A DNA stretch of 63,781 nucleotides, counting the filler, from Pelomyxa schiedti (lineage: Eukaryota; Protista; Evosea), in assembly GCA_020536535.1 (NCBI GenBank). It is 12 parts of 12 records of this genome, joined end to end, with 100 filler letters (N's around TTAATTAATTAA, not from the genome) between each part and the next. Parts side by side here need not be neighbours in the genome. Positions count along the whole stretch, not along the records: positions 18,225 to 25,767 come from JAHLWZ010001354.1; positions 25,868 to 32,754 come from JAHLWZ010001387.1; positions 32,855 to 35,467 come from JAHLWZ010001942.1; positions 35,568 to 37,066 come from JAHLWZ010002463.1; 8 more parts are not named here. The stretch is one strand, 5' to 3'. This document shows, in pieces, positions 23,927 through 36,428 of this stretch (position 1 is its first letter; every line of letters begins with the position of its first letter). Below the pieces are notes generated by a model. That model made no database searches. It saw only the letters and a program-made list of their open reading frames with translations, and had not been told where the DNA came from. The position numbers and the translations under genes are program-made.

Positions 23927-24707
23927 TCAAACATTTGTAGTAGTTGATGTAGGTGATGTAAGCCGGCATGACTGAACAATAATGAACACAAGGTTCACCC
24001 CTGGCTGATGTTGGCAAGTCCTCTCTGTCAAATTGGTGAGAAAGTGATCCTGCGCTTGACCACACTCACAAACACAGATGCAAACACACCGATAATGGAT
24101 GCTGCTCACAGCTGTCGAGAGTGGCAATTTGTGTGAAATAGTTCACAGCATCAATTACCGGTAATTCCTCCTGGTGGAGACAGTGCACAATTGCCGGCTT
24201 CACCAAACTGAAGACTTCTAACCGGTATTAGTGCTTTTTTTAATAATGGCTTATGAATTGATCAATTTAGAGAAAATAAATATGAAGAGAGACAAGTAAA
24301 CCAGCAACTTGTGTTTGTAATCAAAGAAATATTGCTGTCACTGGGTTGAAACGCACACTAAAGTCACTACAAGACAGACTGCATCGAGTATAGAGTGATC
24401 ACATGCCAAAATAAGGTGGAAGCTTATTCCCCACTGGGGAATGCCCGAAATACTGCGACAAGCACAGAACTGGGCATATGCTGGCGTATTTGGCACTTTG
24501 GCAGTTTAAGACCTGTGTCTGTTAAAGACATTTGCGAACTGTATTCTCAGTAATATATCATCAGATAATTGATTAATTGTTCGTCCTAAAGTAGTTGTTG
24601 GTCAACACAGGTAAGTCTGGGGCACCAACTCACAAATATCTGCAAAGGAATCAGACAGATTTTGGTTCTAATTTAATTCAAAGTGGCAGCCAACAACGGA
24701 GGAGTTA
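23927..24707. repeat. About 780-bp segment duplicated at 18295-19030 (copy 2)
   Basis: See copy 1. It begins exactly where gag similarity ends. Confidence 0.9.
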
Positions 24708-24958
24708 TGGCTACTAACGTAAGCCCAGGTACTCTCTGTCAAGGTGATCCGACACTCCACGTGCTGACCCACTCGCGTCTCTTCACATCGTTGAACCGTT
24801 AACAGAAAAAAAGAATTTTATGTAAATACATCCAGAGAAGCAAGCAAACCAGCCACGCCAAGAGGGTGGGAAGAGACTGCCACGTGGTCGTCGTCACTTT
24901 GGAGATAAATCTCTGCAATAGACTTTGTCTAAAACTCAATTTTTGGCGGTGATCACTT

Positions 24959-25058
24959 GCTGGCGCTGCCAGCGATTTTTCTATCTGCTGGCGCTGCCAG
25001 CGATTTTTTTTATCTCTTGCTGGCGCTGCCAGCAATTTTTCTATCTCTTGCTGCCAGC
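24959..25058. repeat. Tandem palindromic repeat GCTGGC-GCT-GCCAGC-[A/G]ATTTTT.TATCT, x3 plus a half copy
   Basis: Copies at 24959, 24987 and 25019; half copy at 25050. Confidence 0.92.
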
Positions 25059-25501
25059 GGGGCCAACAAGAAGTGCGCACTTTCTTATGGTTGCTCGACA
25101 GCCACCACCGAACCAAAACGAGCGGGGGCGACCAGGGCAGATTTCCCACGAAAACCTCACAAAACCGTTCACCGTCACGAGGAAACACCAAATTAACAAA
25201 GAATTCTTTTTTTTTCTTGGTGGATGTGGTGAAGTTAAGCCATGCACAGCAACCGAAGGCGATGTGTAACGTACCGATAACGGGTCCGCACTACTCGAGT
25301 AGGTGAACGTACTGTAAAAATTTCGTCGAGGAACCAAGTTATGCAGAGGAGAGAAACACCAAAATTCAGAAATTAAAAACGAAACGTACACCGCAGAACG
25401 TGCTTTTTCGCCTCGTTTCCTCGCCTCGTTCCCCTCTCCCCGGTCTAATCAAACGAAAAGTTTTTTGTTACCCGAACGTGTTTTTCACCAGTAGACAATG
25501 A

Positions 25502-25767
25502 TTACGAGGAGGAGTTGGTGGAAGCAGCGGCTATGTGAATGAAAGGGCATAGGGAGGACAGCCACTGTGTGACGCTCTCAGTCACTTGGTCGTCGGTCAC
25601 AGTGCATGTACCGCGGGTTACGGTGATGTCGTGCATCACAGCTGATGCGCAACAACAATGAAGCAGCTTCACAATCACACTGAACGGAATTCGGTCTCTC
25701 TCTGGATGATTTTTAGTTTAAGCTTGGGAGTGACACACACCAATGATGGAAAGGCATGAATTGACAA
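25502..25767 (-). CDS. 3' end of another MORN-kinase paralog (cut by scaffold end)
   Basis: RDRIPFSVIVKLLHCCCASAVMHD..VTDDQVTESVTQWLSSLCPFI aligns with the tail at 19348-19610. Confidence 0.7.
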
Positions 25768-25867
25768 NNNNNNNNNNNNNNNNNNNNNNNNNNNNNNNNN
25801 NNNNNNNNNNNTTAATTAATTAANNNNNNNNNNNNNNNNNNNNNNNNNNNNNNNNNNNNNNNNNNNN

Positions 25868-26293
25868 GGGAGCTCAATGAACAACGACATGAGCACGTTC
25901 AACACCCAGAAACTCCTTCGTGAGTTCCCTGTTCCTTTGTTCTCATCTATGATGCCAGCACAACCACAACTACAACAAGCAACAGAGCGTGCAGTTGTGC
26001 CACAGAAGTCATTCCTTTCACGCGCCTTCCCTTCACTGTTTTCCTCAGCAACACTGCCACAAACGGCACCACTGTCAATTGGAGTTCCAACTCAAACAAC
26101 AACAGTTTCAGCAGTGGTGACATCAAGAGAGGAGGCCACTCAGAACAACAACGATGGTGTGGAAAACCCTTTTGCTGTGTTGGTGGGGTTGGTGATGATC
26201 AGGATGATGAACCCCGACAAGGCTGCCAGGCTCTCAGCTGCAGATGCCATCTTAGCACTCACTCCAGAATCAACATCCACTGGCAAACTCTGA
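25868..26293 (+). CDS. 3' end of SEL1-kinase paralog 1
   Basis: GSSMNNDMSTFNTQKLLREFPVPLFS..VMIRMMNPDKAARLSAADAI matches the tails of the next two genes. Confidence 0.8.
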   Translation, partial: GSSMNNDMSTFNTQKLLREFPVPLFSSMMPAQPQLQQATERAVVPQKSFLSRAFPSLFSSATLPQTAPLSIGVPTQTTTVSAVVTSREEATQNNNDGVENPFAVLVGLVMIRMMNPDKAARLSAADAILALTPESTSTGKL

Positions 26294-26479
26294 GCACGTT
26301 CGTAGCGATTAAGGAGGGCACAAAGTATTTATTTATTTTCCTTTTTCCGGAAGTCATCACTTTCACACTGTAGGTAAAGTGACAGTGCGGCTGTCACCCC
26401 ACTGTTTTTTGTGTGTTGGACAAGGCACAGTCCATCGGGACACGCAAATAAAACTCACTTCTACTAATAACTATTTCTG

Positions 26480-29231
26480 ATGGCCACAAGTCGCCCCAGT
26501 GAGGACACCAGCAGGTACATCGGGTACCTCGTTGAGCAGGCAGACACAGGCAACACCAAAGCGATGAGTGAACTGGCTGGCTGCTACCGCGACGGTACAC
26601 ACGGAGTGGCCGCGAACTTGGACGAGGCACTGCGCTGGTACCGCGCCGCACGCGATGGTGATGCCCTGTTCTGGCTTGGGCGTGTCTACTACAACGGCAG
26701 TCGCGGCAACCACCGCGACGTCGACAAGGCGGTGTCGGCGTGGGCCGTGGCTGCCGACTTGGGCCACGACTGGTCAAAGATTTGGCTCGGGTGGTGCTGC
26801 CAGCACGGCGTGGGCGTGGAGTGTGACCAACAGAGGGCCGTGGAACTCTACGCTGCTGCGATTGCCGAATGGGAGGGGCACTCGTGGTGTCTTGGCGTGT
26901 GTTATTTGCGTGGCGAGGGCGTGAAGAGGGACTGGGCCATGGCTGTGCGGCTCATCGAACAGTCTGGTAACCAGAGCGACGCACAGGGGCACCTTGGGCA
27001 GGGTTACCACAGTGATGCACAGGCATACCTTGGATGGTGTTACTTGTGGGGTGGGTGTGGCGTGGAAAGGGACGTGGCTAAGGCTGTGGAACTACTGAGT
27101 GCAGGGAGTGGTTCCAAGGCCAAGGTGTTCCTTGGGTATTGCCATGAAAGGGGTTTGGGTGTTAGCCTGGATACCAACAAGGCTCGTCAGCTCTTCAACG
27201 AGGCAGGGGATTCAGAGACACTTGGGGAACTTGGAGAGTATTGTGAAAGGGGAGACTGCGGAGCACCAACAGACAAGAGAGCTGCTGTTCGATATTACCA
27301 GATGGGTGCCGACGCTGGTGATCCAGTTTCAATGTTTCACCTTGGTGTGTGTCTCAGAGATGGTGTTGGTGTTGGTTGCAACGTGGAGCAGTCACACCAC
27401 TGGTTGGCAATGGCTGCCCAGCTTGGTCACAGGGGTGCTGCAAAGATACTCTCTTCATCAGAGAGTAGAAATGGGGAGAACAATTCTGCTGTTCAAAAAC
27501 GAGACCTGATTGTTGAAACATTGAAAAGACGAGTTGAAGCCTTGGAACAACAGCTCTTTGAGGAAAGGGCGCAGTCGAAAGAGGTGTGTCAGGTTAACTG
27601 AGAAACTAACTGAAACAAACATACACAGCAATTTGAGTCTCTTAAGAAACAGGTGGCTGAGTTGGAAAAGGAGAAAATAGAAGTTGTTCCACCACATAAC
27701 TGCCAGCTGTAACTTTAACCACACACAGGAACATCAGGCTGTTATCAATTTGGAGGTGTGCTATTTACTATTTTCCAGAATCCACTCAAGATGAACAAGG
27801 AATTCTGGGAGGACTTGACAAAGAAGAATGATGAGGTGTGTGGTGCAGCTGAAAGATAACCCCAATAAAAATGGGGGCTGCTGACAAATTTCTTTTGATA
27901 CCTTTTTTCCCCCCTGCAGCTACAGAAAGAAAATGAAAATCTGAGGGAAGAGCTCCAGGAAGAATGTGTAAAGTCCACAAGACCATAGTCTCTCTCCTTC
28001 CTTCTCACTTAATCATCTCAGACCATTTTGAACACAATGACATCCCTGATTTCCGCCAATGTTGGTGATTTTGGTGTGGAGAAACTGCTTGGCACAGGCT
28101 CAAATGCTGCCGTGTTTAAAGTGCAATTCAAAACCGCAACACCCAGTTCCACAGTCAATGCATCGTCATTCCCACCATTGACTTCACGTGGTCCAGCTTC
28201 AGATTTTGCAGCAACAAGAACAGCCACAACAGACATGGTGATGAAGATAATTTTCAACTGGGAGAACACACCACAACAGACACTGTTGCGGAGGAAATAC
28301 ATGGCTGAATGCGTTGTCCTCTCGTTGGTTCCAAATCACCCAAATGTGATCCACCCTCTTGGTGCTTTGGTCATCCCTTGGTATTTCTCTTTCAATTTAT
28401 GTACCTGTGTCAACTCAACTCACACACGAAGCCTGCCAGCTGAGTTTGTGGACAAAATACCAAGTGACAAAAAGTATTGCAGGGAGGAACTCTGCAACAA
28501 CAAGTCATTGGCCATCCTGATGCCCCATTGTGGTATCACACTGTCATCGTTCCTCGTCTCTTCCTCCTCCAGCAACATGATTACAGTCCAAGTTGTACAG
28601 AATCTGTTTGTTCAAGGACTCAAGGCAATCTCCCACATTGAGTCACATTTTGTTGTTCACAGGTTCGTTTCCATCTGTTGATGCTGCACAACAATCTAAC
28701 AAACACAAACACAGGGACATCAAGGGAGACAACATTCTTGTTGACCCAGAGACTGGCAAACTGACACTCATCGACTTTGGGGAGGCTCAGAACTGCCCAA
28801 ACATGGAGATGATGGTGACTGCCACGTCGCAGGCATGGGGCAACACAGGCACGATGCCACCAGAGCTGAGTGTGTTCCTCAAGAGGATCACGAGGGGAAC
28901 TGGTGCTGTGTTCTCATACTCAAAGTGTGACTCTTTTTCACTCGCCCTCACTTTCTGGAACGCTCTTCTGCCACCTGACCACAAGTTCATCGGGAGCTCA
29001 ATGAACTACGACATGAGCAAGTTCTGCACTCAGTCACTCTTCAGCCACTTCCCTGTCCCTTTGTTTTCATTGACAAGGCGAGCAGCGTCACCACGACAAC
29101 CAGTTGGAACAACAACATCACCATCAACATCGGAGCCAGTTCTTGAGTCAGTGATGATTAGGATGATGAACTCTGACAAATCCGCCAGAACGGGTGCTGC
29201 TGACGCCCTCAACACTCTCTCTTCTATGTGA
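26480..29231 (+). CDS. SEL1-repeat + coiled coil + PINK1-like protein kinase (paralog 2); multi-exon
   Basis: About 8 SEL1 repeats (LG.CY..G.GV..D...A). Kinase: LLGTGSNAAVF, MVMKIIFNW, HPNVI, HRDIKGDNIL, IDFG, GNTGTMPPE, YSKCD. Confidence 0.88.
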
Positions 29232-29279
29232 GGGCCGGAGTGCACGGGTGTTAACACATTCATCAAAAAAAAACAAAAG

Positions 29280-31807
29280 ATGGATGTCATCGACCTTCTT
29301 ACAGAAGACAAACTCGACGATGCCACAAAAATTGCGTTACTAGCTGAGAAGGCTAACATAGGCAACGTCAAGGCAATGTGTGCCCTGGCTCGGTGTTACC
29401 TCCGGGGTGAACATGGAGTGGCCAAGAACGTCGACGAGGCACTCCGCTGGTACACCACCGCACGTGATGGCTTTAATCTGTCCTCGGTTGGGTGGGCCTG
29501 CTACTACGGTGGTCGTGATGTGCCCAACCGCGACGTGGACAAGGCAGTGTCGGCATGGACCATGGCTGCCGGTGTGGGCTACGACGAAGCAATGGACCGG
29601 CTTGGGTGGTGCTACCAGCACGGCGTGGGCGTGGAGTGTGACCAACCGAGAGCAGTGTCACTCTACACTGCTGCGACCACCAAGCTTGCGTGGCAGCACG
29701 CATGGCGGGTTGGTGTGTGTTATCTGCGTGGCGAGGGTGCGGCGAGGGACTGGGCCACGGCTGCAGGGATCTTCCAACGGTCCGACCGGCTGGAGGCGCA
29801 GGCGTACCTTGGGTGGTGTTACTTGTGGGGGTGTGGTGTGGAAAGGGACGTGGAAAAGGCACTGAGACTGCTCCGCCGCCACGATACCGGGAGGGCAAGT
29901 CTGTTCCTCGGGTATTGTTATGACTGGGGTGTTGGTGTTGGGCGGGACACCGACAGAGCTCAGGAGTTGTTCAACAAGTTACAGAGCACGACACCAGGGC
30001 GTACAGTAAGGGGTGCAGAGGAACTTGGGGAACTTGGAGAGTATTGTGAAAGGGGAGACTGTGGAGCACCAACAGACAAGAGAGCTGCTGTTCGATATTA
30101 CCAGATGGGTGCTGAGGGTGGTGATCCTGTTTCAATGTTTCACCTTGGTGTGTGTCTCGGGGATGGTTCTGGTGTTGATTTCGATGTGGAGCAGTCACAC
30201 CACTGGTTGGTGATGGCTGCCCAGCTTGGTCACAGGGGTGCTGCAAAGACGCTCTCTTCATCCTCACTGAGCAACAGCACTGCAGTACAAGAAATCACTG
30301 TTGACACGTTGAAAAAGCGAGTTGAGGCCTTGGAGGAACAGCTCCTTGAGGTGCGTTTAAACCTATTTTTTCAAAGACGGACTTTCACTGTCTTTCTTGT
30401 TCTGCAACAAACTTAAGTTACACATAGGAACAAAGAGCTGCAGAAAAGGTGAGGACACAGCTCACAGAAGAAGCAGAAAGATACAAGGTACTTGTCCTTT
30501 CTATCTTCAGACACAACTGACTCCAAAAAAAACCTCTGACCCATGAATCAGACAATTGTGAACACAATGACATCGTTGATTTCAGCAACTATTGATGATT
30601 TTGGGGTGGTGGAACTGCTTGGAACAGGTTCCAATGCCGCTGCTTTCAAAGTGCAATACCGAACCACAACATTCAACAGCAACTGCACCACCAATGCCAC
30701 TTCAACAGCCTCTCAACCACCATCAAACAGCAACCATCAAACAACAACCAGAGACATGGTCATGAAGGTTCTTTTCAACTGGGAGAACACACCAAGGCAG
30801 ACACTGTTGAGGCAGAAATACATGGCTGAATGCGTTGCCCTCTCGTTGGTTCCAAATCACCCAAATGTGATCCACCCTCTTGGTGCTTTTGTCATCCCTT
30901 GGTATTCATATGACTTCTTGAGCAATTCAATAACTGACACGTTTTACCAGCCTGCCAGAAGAATTTGCAGATAAAATACCAAGAGAGCAAACTGTTTTTC
31001 GAGAGCTGTCCAACAACAAATCATTCGCCATCCTCATGCCTCATTGTGGCATCACTCTGTCGTCATTCCTTCTCTCTTCCTCAAGCATCCAGAACTCACT
31101 TGAGAGACTCGAAGTTGCACAGAATCTATTTGTTCAAGCACTCAAGGCCATTATCCACATTGAGTCACATTTTCTTGTTCACAGGTTTGTTCGTTCCCAC
31201 CCACTCCCTTCTCTCTTTCCCAACCCCAAAATTTTTCCACCATCCAAAACACAGGGACATCAAGGGAGACAACATTCTTGTTGACCCAGAGACTGGCAAA
31301 CTGACACTCATCGACTTTGGGGAGGCTCAGAACTGCCCAAACATGGAGATGATGGTGACTGCCACGTCGCAGGCATGGGGCAACACAGGCACAATGCCAC
31401 CAGAGCTGAGTGTGTTCCTCAAGAGGATCACGAGGGGAACTGGTGCTGTGTTCTCATACTCAAAGTGCGACTCTTTTTCACTTGCCCTCACTTTCTGGAA
31501 CGCTCTTCTGCCACCTGACCACAAGTTCATTGGTCACCATGACATGAGTGCATTCAACACCCAGTCACTCCTCAGTGACTTCCCTGTCCCCTTGTTTTCA
31601 TCATCGTCACAGCTGTTGAGGGCAGCAGCATTGCAAACACAGCCAACACCAACAACAGCAAAAAGGAGACGCCAGAACAACAGCAGCACCAGCAATAACG
31701 AACAACCAGTGCTTCTCGAGTCAGTGATGATTAGGATGATGACCCCTGACAAAGCAGCCAGGCTTGCTGCTGCTGATGCCATCCACGAACTCTCTTCGTC
31801 TCACTGA
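29280..31807 (+). CDS. SEL1-repeat + coiled coil + PINK1-like protein kinase (paralog 3); multi-exon
   Basis: Same architecture and kinase intron positions as paralog 2. Starts 48 bp after its stop. Confidence 0.88.
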
Positions 31808-32042
31808 CGGGTGCCGGCAACTCTCTGCTGCCTCCAAAAAAAAAACTGTGTCTGAGGTTCTGGTAACACAACGGTCCTTTGTACCTGTTTTCAGCCCACA
31901 AACCAGACTTGTAACTAACAACCGCAGCGTCTAACCACCTTCTCGACTTTACTAGTTGGTGGTCTCATTTGACTTGCACCCCGGTGTAAGTTCGGTTCAT
32001 TCCCAGCGATCAAAACTTCTGATCTTCAACCTTCGTTTGCGC

Positions 32043-32754
32043 ATGCATGCACCACCGACGACGAGAAGCAAATCAGATGGTGGGCATCAACACCCACGCA
32101 TGAGCGTGACGGTGCGGGCCACCGCTTCAACCCCCGGTGCTATTTCAGCTGTTTCCCAGTTCCTTGCGTTCGCGTGTGGCGCACTCCTCCTCCCTCGGTG
32201 TGCACATTGTCATTGACGTCATCGCACTTGTTTGTTGGTTTGTTGGTTTTTTGTTTTTTTGTTTTGTTTGGTTTTTGTAGTGTCTGTGGCTGATGATGTT
32301 CATCCAGGAGAGTTGGTTCTGGCACTGTTACTGGTAGATGTTGTGGAGTGGGACTGTTGTGTGGGTGCTGGTCATTGGTGGCTGAGCTTGGCAGGCGTTG
32401 GGTAGTTGGGGTGTGCAGGTGCGTGGCATTCACTCTTGCTAGCTTGGATGTGGATGCACCAAAGGTGCATGTGTTTGTGTCAGTGTCACACACTGGGGGC
32501 GTTGTGAGTGTTGGGAACTGGGTCAGCACTGATCCTGGTGGTTGGTACTGTGTCAATGGGTGCATTGGAAAGGACAGGTTCGTGGTGACAAGCCTGAGTT
32601 TAATCAATCCCTCTGTGAGGGTGGCAAACGGAGCTGGTGAGGTGCTTGGAAGTGAACTGTGGAATCCAACGCCGAGTGATGGAGGCCCTGTGTACAGTGT
32701 GCACTGCAATAGGCACTGGATTGTGGTTCATGGCACAAACCTGAGTCTGTGGAA
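32043..32754 (+). CDS. Uncharacterised expanded-family protein (F2), 3' truncated
   Basis: SAVSQFLAFA..|..ELGRRWVVG..VSVSHTGGVV..IGKDRFV..CNRHWIV. Confidence 0.65.
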
Positions 32755-34157
32755 NNNNNNNNNNNNNNNNNNNNNNNNNNNNNNNNNNNNNNNNNNNNTT
32801 AATTAATTAANNNNNNNNNNNNNNNNNNNNNNNNNNNNNNNNNNNNNNNNNNNNTGTTTGTTGTTGGGTCACATAAGTGAAGGACTGCCTTTTCGCGATC
32901 ATAATCGTCACTGGTTCCCGTGGCGGAACTTGGTTTGTCCCCTTGCATCATTGTCAGGCTCCGCAACAAAATGTTTGACTCCTCTGTCCCATAAAAGAAG
33001 CGTCACAAATTGCATTGTCTTAAACTAACAATAATCTTGTTTCACTTACTCGAGGTGCCGGTGTGGTTTCGTTTGTTTTCTTTTTTAACAGATTTTGATG
33101 ATCAAACGGGGGTGATTATCACCTGGTGTGAGGCACTGTGTCGTGCAATGCTTCGCATTTTTTCTATTGGGAAACGGAGGGGCAGGGGACAACGTGGCTA
33201 TGACGTCATCTAACAGCAGGGCGGGGGTCTGGTTTGTTTTGATCAAACGAACGAAACAGTAAGTGGTCATGAAGTTCACTTTACAATACGGTTTCTGTGT
33301 TGCCTGAGGAAGAACTTACGGTGTGATGCGTTGCCTTTCCTTTATGTTCTTTTGTTTATTATATGAAATATATGCCATAGCAGAAAGGACTGGTTAGCAC
33401 TACTTATGTTATCACATCCTAACAGGCCCTACTAGTCAGGCGGCCAGCAGAATTGCCACCAGGTGCGAGAGCGAGGGCTGCAAAGTTGTCAAAGGACTCG
33501 GGGGTATTTTCATTATATTTCTTTGTTTGCTTTTTGCCAAGTGAAACTGCACAAAAAGAGCGCATCCAAAGCGATTGCAAGTGTGTCATTCAACTTGAGG
33601 CAATTGATGTGTGTACACCTACTACAATAATCGCCGGAACTAAAGCGGTATTACTGCACAGGAGAGAGACGTCATCGTCCTGCTCGATGAGAAGGGGAAC
33701 ACACTTCTTCGCGAAAGCTACCGCACTATTAACCCAGACAAAGTTTGTGCCCTCATAAAGCGTGTGATTTCTAGTCCGCCTTCAAGCTATTAAAAGGGAG
33801 TTTAAATAAAAACGAAGGTACATCTCCAATAATGGCCGAGCTGATTTAACTCACACACAGAAAGAAATTCCGATTGGATTAGGAGGAAAGAACTCACACT
33901 CAGTGGAAGTGATGGTGAGGAACGCACAACCTCATACACCCGCAGTGATGAGTGAGGCTCAAAAGCCAACCCAGCTGATGTCTCACTCTGAGAAATTCGG
34001 TTCCCTGAGGATTCAGCATTCCCATGGCACACCACTGCTTTGTGTGAGTTCCATCCAAAGATACGAAACAAAAAAATAAGTTCTTATTGCTTGTTTTTGT
34101 CGCACGACGCAAGAGCTCCAGTGTCGATCACTTCCGATAAAATCTGGTAATCGGAAT

Positions 34158-35467
34158 ATGCAGGGAGGCGGTGCCGGGAGCGGGAGCGGGGCGCGTGGTG
34201 GGGGAGGGGGGTGGAACGGGTGGCGTGGGCGGGGTGGGGGCGGGGGCGGGGCACGCCGGGCGACTGTGATCACGGGGGGGCTGACCAACATACGGTGGGG
34301 GGGCGCGGGCGCCGGTGGTGCATCGACGGCGACGGGCGTGGGCAGGGGGCTCATGGGCGGCAGCACCCTGTCTCGGTGCCCACTGGGTGCGTGCGTGCGT
34401 GCCTTGTGTTGGTGCTGTCGCTGTGTTGTGGCGGTATTATGGGAGGAGTCGATGGAAATTTTGTTTTTTTTGTTTTTTCCCCTTCCCTTGGCTCACTTAC
34501 CAACTAAATAAATAAGAGGATGATATCGAGGACGTGGATGAGGATGAGTTTTGCTCTGTGAGGGCTTCAGCGTGGTCAAAAAAGCCATTCATGAGACCTG
34601 ATAAGCCGGCAAATGAGCCCCAGCAGAGGCTGGATGACAACCAATTCAAAGAACCTCCATTGCCACCACCCAACAACCAAAAGACTGGACACCCACTGCT
34701 TTCTCTTATCCCAAAATCTCACCAGCCTCCAGGTACACCACTACAAACACATTTGCTGGCCCACTTCCCTCCACAACCACAGCTGCAGCCACAACCGCCA
34801 CCACAACATAAGCCACTGTCACATCCACAGGCACAACCACAACTGCAATTGCAACCACATCCACATCCCCAACCGCAACTGCAACCGCAACTGCAGCCAC
34901 AGCCACAAGAAAAGCCACAACCACAACTGCAATTACAGCCACCACCAAAAACAAAACCGCAACCACAACCACAACCACGACTGCAGCCAAACCAACAACT
35001 ACAACATAAATCAGTTCAACAGCCCAACGAGGGACCAGTCAACCAACAGGTAAATGAAGAACCACTACCACAGCGACAACACCCTGGTATGCATCCACAG
35101 TCACCCCCAAAGCACCACCAACAACAAGGAACTCCAGCAATAGGAAATGTGCCCTTTACTTCAATAACACCTATCAACACTCCACCCACTAGTGGGCCGG
35201 TGCGTTCAACCACACCCATTCAGATCAATTTAAGTGAAGATGAGTCACAAGTAGCTCTCGATGTCAAAACAAAAATCCTTCCTGCACAGCAATCAGAACC
35301 CACAAAAAATCCCATCGGAGATTCAACAGCAAATGGCGTGAGTTGCGCAAGTGACACGTTCGTCATTGATGACGACCTTCTAGCATGTATTGACGAAATG
35401 GACAAGTTCGATTCTAAGCCACAATCGACTCCTCTCTCTGCCACAAGGGAACAAAAGGTGAACGCAC
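34158..35467 (+). CDS. Protein with Gly/Arg-rich N-terminus and Gln/Pro-rich disordered region, 3' truncated
   Basis: ATG at 34158 starts a Gly-rich exon, then a T-rich intron to about 34515, then a long QP-repeat ORF running into the linker. Confidence 0.55.
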
Positions 35468-35567
35468 NNNNNNNNNNNNNNNNNNNNNNNNNNNNNNNNN
35501 NNNNNNNNNNNTTAATTAATTAANNNNNNNNNNNNNNNNNNNNNNNNNNNNNNNNNNNNNNNNNNNN

Positions 35568-36412
35568 GAGGCATTCAAGCTTACAAGAGTAGTGTGGACA
35601 ACAAAACGAGAGAGTATAGAGGATGTACAACAGGCTGGAATCAAGGTGTGTGTGGTTGGAAGACCCAAATCAGGCAAAACATGCATTATGGCTCGGCTTT
35701 GTGGAGAAGACTTTGTTGATGACTATAGGCCCACTATTATTGCCAACTTCAAGAAGGTTTTGGTGCCTGTTGTTGGGAATTCCACAGTGAAGTTGATACT
35801 TTGGGGTGTGCAGCTTAAATCGTGTTATAGTGATCTAAACAACAAAAAAACACACTTAACAGGATGGGAAATAGGCCGCCGGGATGCTACTGTGTGCTTT
35901 CTGTTCAATTTATTCTTTTTTAGTTTGAACCCACCCAAAAACCAAACCCACCCACACAGTTTCCAGAATATTCAGGAACAGCTGCCATTCTCCTTGTTTA
36001 TGATATCTCTCACCCTGAGTCTCTCCGGTGTCTTTCAGACATCATTTTTGAAATACGTCGAACTTGCCAAAAGAGATGCAAGGTACAATGAGGGCCGTTT
36101 ACACTCCTTCACCAACACCCCCAGTTTCTTCTGTGCGGAAACAAGGCTGACACGTTGGAGAGCGGAACTCTGTCACTGTCATCGGAAACTGCAGTAGGCA
36201 GCAGTAGGAAAGTAAGCTATTCACAAGGCCTGGAATTTGCCAGGCACAACAACCTTGACGGGTTTGTTGAAGTATCGGCAAAGACAATGAGGAACATGGA
36301 CCAAATGTGCGCAGCTTTCGGCCGCCTTGCCCTTGAAGGTTCAAAGGCCAACAAAAAGATGCCGGTTCCAGTGCCACAACAAACTGTCTCCAAAAACGGT
36401 TTGTTGATGTGA
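35568..36412 (+). CDS. Atypical Rab/Ras-like small GTPase domain, 5' truncated; multi-exon
   Basis: KVCVVGRPKSGKT (G1), YRPTI (G2), ILLVYDIS, LCGNKAD (G4), EVSAKT (G5). Confidence 0.82.
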
Positions 36413-36428
36413 AAAAAAAAATTGATTG

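Noticed and set aside
34160-34370. G-quadruplex-like G-rich tract
   Set aside because: Explained by a Gly-rich coding exon.
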